IMG/VR virus record: IMGVR_UViG_3300032086_003797
Span: 110,626 to 174,625 of that record
DNA from: a virus
Reading direction: 5' to 3' (one strand)
Length of the DNA: 64,000 bases
Shown here: positions 29,524-40,000 of the stretch, one piece after another
Position numbering within the stretch: position 1 is the first letter of the stretch
How the letters are laid out: each line of letters opens with the position of its first letter
Made by a program: the position numbers and the translations under genes
The notes under the pieces: generated by a model
What the model saw: only the letters and a program-made list of their open reading frames with translations
Told to the model about the DNA's origin: nothing
The model's database searches: none

Positions 29524-31004
29524 TGGCTATCAAATTATATGACGCAACACAAGACAACACAATAACTAATGCTTTCAAGGCTGATTTATTAACCAGAGCT
29601 ACAGGGTCCAATATGGGCGCTGCTGACATATTAGAAACATTTGTTATACACGGGCAAACGTCAGCTAGTATCAACTCCCAAACTGCGGAAGAGGCTAGAG
29701 TATTATTACAATTTGATATTGCTAATATTTCTACAGATAGAGCAAATGGAGTAATTCCAGCTTCAGGAAGTGTCAACTTCATATTAAAAGTCAGAAATGC
29801 TAAGCACGCTGATACACTACCAGATAATTTGACACTTGATATCAAAATGGTTGCGAATAGCTGGGATGAAGGTCGTGGCGTGGACATGGATGGATATAAG
29901 GATATTGATGAGTGTAACTGGGTAAAGAGGACATCAGGTGCAACCTGGAATGGAACAGGTAGTGATTATTTCACAGCCCAGGCTACTAGCAACTTCTCAG
30001 GATCTGTGCTGTTCCCCAACGGCGATGAGGACATGGAAATTGATGTTACTCCTGCTGTAGAAGATTGGATAGCAGGAACACGCAACAACTATGGATTTAT
30101 AATCAAGAATACAGATTCTGCCATCAGCGGTAATGTTGGCAGCCTGTTCACTAAAAGATTTCATGCAAGAAGTACAGAGTTCTTTATGAAGAGACCAGTG
30201 ATCGAAGCACAGTGGGACGACTCAACAAAAGACCAGAGAGCTAACTTTTTTCTTAGTAGCTCAGCCCTGTCGGCAGCAGATAATCTAAATACTTTGTTTT
30301 TATACAATAGATTCAGAGGTAATCTTACAAATATAAGTGGACTTACAAATGATGCACTAAGTGTATCGTTTTATACTGCATCCTCAGGCGGAGCCCCGAT
30401 AGGCTCACCAGTTATCGTAACAGATGCTACGGGTTCATCGGTAACAAAAATTGAGTGCGGTCGTGAGATTAATAACGGCGTCCGCTCAACAGGAATTTAT
30501 ACAGCGTCGTTTGCAATCACTAGTTCTGATGCAACATTGTTTGATGTGTGGTTCACTGGCTCTACCGAGTTCTTCACTGGCTCTTTTAAGCCGCAGTCAT
30601 ACACTCCAAATCTTGAAGACAGAACAGAGCCATACTTTAATAAAATAACAAATCTGAAACCAACATATAACAGACTAGAAAAGCCAAGATTACGAGTTTT
30701 TGCGAGACCTAAAAGATGGCAACCAACGATTTACACTGTTGCATCTGTTGATGTTGAAAACACAATTGTAGAGGATGCTTATTATAAGATATTCCGTATA
30801 GAAGACAATATAGAAGTGGTTTCTTATGGCACTGGAACCATGAAGTATAGCAGACTTTCTTACGATGTTAGTGGTAATTACTTTGACTTAGATATGAGTC
30901 CATTAGAGGCAGGATATTCATACGGAATACAACTTGCGTACTATTTACAAGGACAGTACAAAGAACAAGCAGAAATATTCAAATTCAGAATTGAAGAGCC
31001 CTAA
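29523..31004 (+). CDS. Virion structural protein (possible DNRLRE/CBM-like beta-sandwich)
   Basis: R.LLQFD, WDEG.G, DVT..V..W..G..NYG..IK, F..R..P pattern; baseplate context. Confidence 0.45.
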   Translation: MAIKLYDATQDNTITNAFKADLLTRATGSNMGAADILETFVIHGQTSASINSQTAEEARVLLQFDIANISTDRANGVIPASGSVNFILKVRNAKHADTLPDNLTLDIKMVANSWDEGRGVDMDGYKDIDECNWVKRTSGATWNGTGSDYFTAQATSNFSGSVLFPNGDEDMEIDVTPAVEDWIAGTRNNYGFIIKNTDSAISGNVGSLFTKRFHARSTEFFMKRPVIEAQWDDSTKDQRANFFLSSSALSAADNLNTLFLYNRFRGNLTNISGLTNDALSVSFYTASSGGAPIGSPVIVTDATGSSVTKIECGREINNGVRSTGIYTASFAITSSDATLFDVWFTGSTEFFTGSFKPQSYTPNLEDRTEPYFNKITNLKPTYNRLEKPRLRVFARPKRWQPTIYTVASVDVENTIVEDAYYKIFRIEDNIEVVSYGTGTMKYSRLSYDVSGNYFDLDMSPLEAGYSYGIQLAYYLQGQYKEQAEIFKFRIEEP

Positions 31005-31006
31005 AT

Positions 31007-34000
31007 ATGAGCATAAAAAAGTTATTTGATGCAAAAAAAGCAGGAACACTTGGTGGTGCCACTCGCTCAACCCTAAAAAAGCTTGGCGATAATGTAGAGT
31101 CACCAGAGCAAATTGAAGCAGCTTTATCGAAAGCTAGGGCTTTTTCACCAAAGATTGATTTTTCAGATCCAGCCAATTTCGTTAAATATGGCTCAGCCTA
31201 TCGTTATTATTATGATACATTTGGATATATCAAAGACTATTATCCTTACGACGGTAGTTCTAGGGAAAAGCTAGAATTTTATAATGGATTATCGCCGTTT
31301 GAACAGTATATTTTCAACAATGAATACCCTAAAACTACTGGGTATGTTACGATAGGAGCTATTTACGGCACAGATGGAGCATCTAAGCAAGGATACACTA
31401 CGCCCACTACAGCGGAGTACATCCAGTTTAAGGGCGGACCACACAGCGGAACCTTTTTTGCTACAGGATCAGGACTAAGTAACAATTTAGAGTTTGGCGG
31501 CATCAGTGGCTCAACAGTAGAATTCTTCTATAACAAGACTGAGTTCGATAGTACTATATCGTCCCCAACAGAGGTGATTCTAGATATTTGGAACGGTGTG
31601 TCAAGTGGCTCACATGACTACGGTCGCCTTACGATTGAAACGGATTCAGGATCAGCAGATAGATTTTATGTTTCATACCAATCAGGATCAAGTGGTGTGT
31701 TTAAAGCATCGGTCCCCACCGCAGGTGGTTTAACACTAGGAAGTGGCTCTTGGGATCATTATGCTTTTGTGTTTTCCAATAGTGATGATTCTACTTCTAT
31801 TGATCTTTATGAAAACGGCACATGTAAACAAAGTAATATCCTAACTGGCTCTTCCATCAACTTAGTAACAGGCAGTCTGATCGGAAGGCTCGGTGCATTA
31901 AGAACAGCCCCAGGTCCAATACAGGCAAGTGGCTATGGAACCCAGGCAACTGCCACAGATGCCATTGATATGGCTGGGTATCAGGCTGCTGGTGATCCTG
32001 CTATCAAATTTAACATAACAATTCCTGTCGCCGCAGGTGGGTCTAACACTACCATTACGATAAAATTTGACATCTCCTCGGGCGGCTCTCCTGTAAGTGC
32101 AGGCGCAGACCATATTACCATTGGCACCGCAGGCTCAAACGATGCAGCGAATGCGGCTCTTGTTATAAAAGCAATAAATGGTGATACGGACAGCAGAATC
32201 ACTTATGGAAATGGTTCGGGCGACGGATCATCAGGAATAGGTGTACAGGGACTTACAGCATCAGCAGGAAGCTCAAGCACCAAGGTTACCCTAACAATTA
32301 GTAAGGGTGGCACGTCAGGAAATATTAACAGTGCTGTTGCACACGGCGCAGGGACAGTTAACGTAGTTGATGTGGCTAACTTTACTGGCGGTGCGGTGAT
32401 ACCCGCAGGGGACGGTAAATTATCGGCTTCTTTGGACGAGTTCAGATTCTGGAAAGAGCCTAGAACAGCAGAAGAAATTGGTCGCAATTGGTATATGGGT
32501 GTTAATGGTGGTGCGAACACCACCATAAACAACTCTGGACTAGGGATATATTATAAATTCAATGAGGGCATTACACAGGTTTCTACAACAGATAATGTTG
32601 TGCTCGATTATTCTAGTAGGTTATCAAATGGTGCCTGGACTGGTTATTCTACATCAGGGACCAGGAATACAGGATCTGCTATAGTATCATCTAGTGCTGC
32701 GGGATTTGAGACAGCCGACCCAATTATTTATGATACACATCCAACCTATATTTCATCCAGGGATGACCTATCGTCTTTAGGGCAGCAGTATGATTATACA
32801 AACAACTCCAGTTTGTATTACACGATGCCAGGGTGGATTATTGAACAAGATGAAAGAAACGGCGAAGAACTAGCAAAACTAACACAGATTATGGGAAGCT
32901 ACTTGGATACCCTGTATGCCCAAGTAGGCGGTGTACTAACTGTAAAAGACGTTAGTTACCCCACAGGGAGTGTGCAAGAATCTCCAAACAATGATAGACT
33001 ATTGTCATCATTAGGGTTTGAGGCTCCTGATTTATTTGATTCTGTTGGTGAGATAGTAAGGTTCTTAGATAAGGATGATAAGAGACCATTAGAATCCTCC
33101 ATACATCAAATTAAAAACATAATCTATAAAAACATTTATAACAACTTATCTTATATCCTTAAATCAAAGGGTACTAGAAAATCGTTTGGTAATACCTTAC
33201 GTTGTATGGGCATCGACGAAAAAATAGTAAAAATTAGCACCTATGCTGATAATGTTGAGCAGACCATAACCAGCAGCTACAAAGCCATTCCAACAGAAAA
33301 GAAATTTGTTGACTTTAGTGGTCTTCGTAGGTATGATGATCAAGCTGCCACAATATATCAGCATTATTACGCAGATGGATACGATGGGGGTTCAAGTGGG
33401 CTTATATCAGGCAACTTAGACCTTGGAGATAATGCATTTACATTACAAGCAGATATCCTCTTCCCACTGAAGCCTTCCCCAGCAGAGGCTTCATATATTG
33501 AGCCAACCTCGCCTAGCTCCTCTTTGTTTGGTTTTCATACACCAAAAATTACAACAACTACGTCTACTGACACTGCTTGGGCTTCAAACACAATAGACTT
33601 TGGGTTGCAGGTGTATGCTGTCCACGCCACAACGGACTACTCTGAAATAACAAGCCCCCAAGGTGCTTCTAGGGATGCATATTTTGTAGTAGAAGATAGG
33701 TTTGGAAATATTCTTCTTAAGACTGATACAGTTAGAGAAGTATATCAAAATACAAGGTGGGTTTTTGCACTCTCGGCTCGACCAAAAACCTATCCATTCT
33801 CTCAAGAAGTTGATGGTACGGATAATGATGACCAGTCATATATTATAGAATTATACGGAACAAGTTTTGATCTGGAAGATAAAAGAGCATCTTTTGATTC
33901 TAGTAAAATAGTAAATTTTGTAACTGGGTCCTCTACGCTCGCCTCTGCGAAAAGAATATACGCTGGAGCGCACAGGACCGATTTTAGCGGCTCATTATTA

Positions 34001-37000
34001 ACCAGGTCTGATATTAGACTTAACTCATGCCGCTTTTGGAATACATTTCTTACATCATCCGTTGTTGATCAACAAGCTAAAGACGCTGATGCATATGGTC
34101 TTGTTCATCCGTATAGAAATGTAAAAACCTTTCAAACTAGTGGTTCCAGTGTTTTTATTCCAGCGATAGAATCGCTAGCACTTAATTGGGATTTTGAAAC
34201 TGTTACAGGCAGCGATGCCAGCGGTCAATTCAGGGTAGATGATTTTAGCTCAGGCTCTAATTCAACCGCATACGAAAATAATTATCAGGTTGAGTATGCT
34301 GGAACAGTGCAACGCCATCACTCTGCTCGTGGCGACTTCTTTAAGGCGAGCGATACTCCAGTAAGAAAAGAATATTTCCCCTCCCTAAGGTTACAAGCGC
34401 CAGAAGAATTATCTTCAGACGATATGATAACGGTGATTGTAGAGGGATCAGATGATAGTGTTTATGGTCGAGCACCCAGACCTATAAGGCATTTCTTTGC
34501 AGTTGAAAAAAGCATGTACGATGCAATATCAAACGATATGCTTGAGATGTTTGCATCAATAGATGAGTTCAACAATCTTATTGGTGAGCCTGTAAACAAG
34601 TACAGGGCAGAGTACAAAGACCTTAAGAAACTTAGAGAGATATTCTTTCGCCGTGTTACTGGACAGCGAGTTGATTTAGACAAATACTTAGATTACTATA
34701 AGTGGTTCGACGGCGCTCTTACAAACCTTGTGGAACAGTTGTTCCCCGCTAGTGCGCCAGTGGCAGAAAACACCAGAAATGTTGTTGAGAGTCATGTTTT
34801 AGAAAGAAATAAGTATCAGCATAAGTACCCAACTCTTGAGGAGTACCCGTTTGAACCATCTGGTTCAATTAAGGGTGGGTATGAACAGCAGTATAGTTGG
34901 CGATTCAACCATCACCCAATAACAATGACGGGATCAGTTGCATCTGCGGCTGATGCGATCGATATGGATGGCTATCAGGCTGCCGCAGATCCTTCAAGTA
35001 GATTTACTATTCAAATACCTGTTGCAGCGGGTGGATCTAATACTACCATAACTATCAAGTTTGATGTATCATCGGGCGGCTCACCATCTAGTTATGGCGC
35101 CAACGCTATCACTATTGCTACAGCAGGATCAGACGACGCATCTAATGCCGCTTTGGTGGTCAAAGCTATCAATGGTACTGCTGACAGTAGAATTACATAC
35201 GGTAATGCGGTGTCTGTAGGGGATGGATGTGCAGGTATTGGTGTTCTGGGTATTACCGCTGCGGAAGGCAGTAACAATAAAAAAGTAACTCTAACTATGA
35301 CCGTTGCTGGTACAAATGGCAACATTACCAGTGCGATAGCACATGGTGCTGGCACAGTAAACCTTGTTGATGTAAACGACTTTACAGGCGCTAGTGATGA
35401 TATTATAAAAAATGATCAAGGCGAAAATTGTAGTTGGTGGGCTAATCGGGCAGAAAGAAATGCCAATCCTCTAAATTTGGGTCCAAATGCTGTTGTAGGT
35501 GCCGCAACAACACTAGATAGACAAAATATTTTTACATCTGTGCGCAAGAAAGAGCTTGACAATCAAAGAAATAAGTTCTATAAATTTGGTGGTGCAGTAG
35601 AAAAGTCTGTTGCTGGCGGACATAATCAATCCTTCAATAAGATAAAAGCTAACGTTTTATCGTTTGATCAGGTATCGGATCAGAGCACTTGTACAGATGA
35701 GGAAGTCCCAGCAGGTTCTCCTTTAGAAAAATCAAGGCAGAAGTTTAGAATCTCGATTGCTGGGCAAACCTATAAAGGCGACCGAATGGCTCCCTTTAGT
35801 TTATATAAAGCATTGGTGCCTAGCGAACACAATAAGCAGCTTACGAACACTGGCTTGTCTGGTAGTCACATGACGAATATCCATGAGGATTCATATTATG
35901 GAAGCGGTTTTGAGGTTCCAATGCAGGGTCCGTTCACAAGCCAACATGTCGGTGGTTTGCTAGCTAGAGCTAGAACAAGTCAAATTGAAGGCGCAGTCAA
36001 TCTCCGCCGTGAAAATTATAGACTTACTATCGCAAGCGGAACAGGCAGCTTGGCAAGGTTAGACACTGAAATTGGTGCCAACAGTTCAGGCAAGGGGCAT
36101 TATTACAGAGGGATCACAGCCAAAAGACCTGTCAACATTGCTAATATTGCCCACCAGACGGCAAGCGACGGCGGCGGTCCAGGCGGTAGTGGTGGTACTA
36201 TAGTGGGTAATTTCGATAAAAATTACCAAGTGCTCCAGACTTCGGGTCGAAAAATAAATAACTTAGACTTTAGAGATGACCCTGATGCATATAACCCAAG
36301 TGCTTTCTTATCGCCATATGTCGGTGGTTTGGTCGAGACTCCTGTGCCATCAAGAAGAAATACAGAATACACACTCAAGGCAAGAACAACTAATAAAACT
36401 ATATTTGTAAATAGGTTTTCATCGCCTGGCAGCGTAGAAACAAATACACCTGCCTTCTTGGATTTCAACTCGCAGGAAATAGCACCGAATAATGCACTGC
36501 CTTTTAGAAACATGCTAATCAGATCAGTTAACGAAGGTCACAATACGCTGTCGCAGGGCTGGGGTGGTCATATCAACACCACTCAAAGATCCTTCCTTGG
36601 TCTAGGATATACGATCCAAGACCTAAACACAGGTAGTTTTTCCACGGTAGTTACGTCAAGACACGATGTAAATAGAAATGCTAAACCTAAACCTTTCTTA
36701 ACTCAATTCGATTTATCTGCATTCGGTCAGGGTCAGATTGAATCTATAGGCTCAGGTAGTATACATAATAATAACTTTATTACAACCCCTATTCCGCAAG
36801 CTGATAACATGTCTTGGTTTATGGCTTATTCGGGATCTGATACGCAAACATACAATCATTTCTTCCATAGTGGTGGCTTGATGCCTGAATCTATAACTGT
36901 TCCATCCCCACCCAATTTAGAAGGTCAGTCTGGCATAAATGAAGGTACACCGTTTAGTATTTCTGCTGTAGCAGAGCTTACAACAATTGGTATTGATGCC

Positions 37001-40000
37001 CGTGACGCTCTTGGCAGCTTTGACAAATTCACTTTATCTGGTGCTGCTTGGGTTGTGTATGATTACACTGGATCATCGTGGTTGTTTTCTACAGATCTTA
37101 GTGGTGCTAGCGGACCAACAGGTCATGAGAGCTTGTTATCGGCTGGGGCAATCAATAATATACACTATGTAGATATTTCTAGTGTGAGTAATGCAAAGGG
37201 TGTAATGACTGCTATGTCCTCTGCCATTTCTGCATCAGGTATAGGACAGGTCGCCACCGATGGTACTGGAGATCTAAATCAAACAGCCTCCATCACAAAC
37301 CTAACGATCCGCTCCCACAATAATCCAGGCGTAATGGAAATTACTTCGTCAGCCCAAGCATTTAGTAACATATTTATCTTACCTGATGAACAGGGTGGTG
37401 CAACTTTCTTAAGCACAGAAAACGATCTTGATAAATACACGGCAGCCGCTTCAGCGCAATCAGCTATGGGTGCGTCAACTGATGTCGAGGGTGTAACCGC
37501 AACAACAGGTTACCTCCGAAGCTTGCCGTTCGATGGTCTATCGGATTACCGCACAAATGACGCCTCAGCAATATTTACAGCCTCAAACGGACAGGTTCAA
37601 TATCGCTGGGGTGCTGGTAATAATTATAATTCTTGGCAACAAGTAAGACAGTCTCAGTTGAGGTCACGAGAAAGTATAGTTAAATCAAATCAAATAAATG
37701 TTTTTGAAGTTGCTATGAGTAATGGGAATCAAGTAGAAACACAAGTAACTCTTGATGATCCATTCTTGTTTATTTCGGCAGAGCCAATAAAAACAATATT
37801 ATCCGTGGTAGACGAAAACAGTCCTGAAGACGGTCAGTTGAAGTTCAGAGATATTACGGTGAAGCACTCGTATGGTAACCAGCGCCAAGGATTTATCAAT
37901 GGTGATGCTAATGTGAAACACAAATACACTGGCAAGGGTGACAAATTTCTTTATGATAGCTTACGAGATATAAGATCGATATCATATAGCAAGAACCTAG
38001 CTCCTGAGGAAACAGGTATTGGTAGAATTAAGAGCCACGAAATAACACAGCAAATTTATCCTCAAGCAAGGCACCAGTTCTTATCTGAGAGTATGTTGAG
38101 AAACAATTATTTGTACACCCGTTGGCAAAATGATGATGATGCTATAAACAATAGGATAGAGAACGACCTACATGTTGTATCAGATCTTTTCCAAGGCGAC
38201 CTTCCAAATCCTGATACGGATGACAAAGTGGCAGGTAGAATAGAATTAATATATAAAACACACAATAGGCAAGTGGATCGCCTGGTAGTAGGGTATACTA
38301 ATAGTCAAAACTACACATTAGAAGAGCATTACCAACACCCATTTGATATAGTGGATGGTATTGTTGCCAAAAGAACTGGCAGCGGAGGAGCATCAACTGA
38401 CGGCACAGCGTCTATCTGGCCTTTGGACTCTTTCTTGTTCAGCGATTCAGTATATTCAGGATCTATACCAGTATTATCAGGTGTTACGGTTGGTTCAATA
38501 TCAGCTAGCGCCCAATACGGAATCCATGATGCAGTACGATGGGACTTGAATTTCTTTACTAACCTTGGTGCGGGCGAACTAATGTGGTTCAGGGCAGGTG
38601 CAGCCGCCCGAACAGGTAGTCAGGGTTATGCACCGCAAGGGTGGTATACAAGAAGAAATTGCCAGTATATAAACCAAATGGTTCACCTAGATTTTGACAG
38701 CTTGTCCTCAGGGGTTAACTATACGCAATCTGTGTTTGGACCTTCGATGGGCGGAGCATTGTTTATGCCGCCTTGGACAGCAGGACGTGACCGTCGAGCA
38801 GTTGATGGCAATAACAAAGGTGAACTCATAGGATCTAGGGGACCTTTCTATAATACCTACGAAGACTTTGCTGATGGCGTAAAATTAGTTGGTCGTGGTA
38901 TGGGCATAATACCAGAGTTTAGAATTAGCGAACATATAGATCATTATGAAGGTACAAATAATGGTGATTATTTCGCTGCTAACACAGCATCATATTCTAT
39001 AACAGGTTCAGCTATCACTAACCTGAATAATTCAGCAGATGATGGATTCATGAAGAGATTCCAAAATACTGACTTTATAAAATACCTATCTCAGTTTATG
39101 GTAGAAGATCAGGATATGAATGGATTGCCAACAGATCTTAAACTAGAAGCACAGGCAGTGCAGAGGCTCTTACCTTATGATGGGTTTTATCCTGTTATAA
39201 GAACTTTGCAGATAGCTACTCTGTTTTCACAGTCTTACTCGCCAGGCTTATTCCCAGTTGCAGGCGGTCTCGGTGCCGCAGATCAAACTGAGATATCAGC
39301 TTCGGGCTGGCAGAATATATTGGATTATTTTTATGCCCCAGGTATCATGTATAACTCTATCAAGTCTGGTCTCGCAGTTGACCACCCTGTATTTACAGTC
39401 AAAGAAGACAGGATTCCAAGAGAAAAGGGAACCATAGGTGAAGTATTATCAGGTTCTACGGATGCTCAGACATTTGCAGAAATAGTAAGTGATACTAAGC
39501 GAGCAGCAGGACTTAGGCAGTCCGATCACACAATCGGACCATTGACGTCTGGCGGCGGCTCCCGTCGAGAAATAACTAAATTTTATAAAGATATTATTCT
39601 GCCTAGACGTCTTGGCACAGCCGAAGAGGTACAGCCAACAGGTAGCGAAGAATTTTTAGCCCATCAGATATATTTCCCAGACCGTATACCTTTTGAAACT
39701 ATTATTAATCCTACAGATTATTTGTTGCAAAATAAGTTTAACAGCAACCAAACATATGATTGGTTTAGAAATGACACCACATCTTCTTTCAGCTACTTTG
39801 CAAACAATAAATATGTTAAAGGTGCAGGCAACTTCTTCGGAGCAATCCCAGACGTATTCTTGGAAAACAGTAGGCTTACATCAATTGCAACCGACCCTAA
39901 CTTAGTTGACCCACAAGCTATTTCAGTACAGAGTGGTACCCTATATGCTATGGAGGTTGCTCTTAGAAAAACTGATCAATTCAATATGTACTCAAACCCA

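Noticed and set aside
31946-35392. Duplicated segment as a diversity-generating retroelement TR/VR pair
   Set aside because: Both copies are in-frame coding, differences are not confined to adenines, and no reverse transcriptase is in the window
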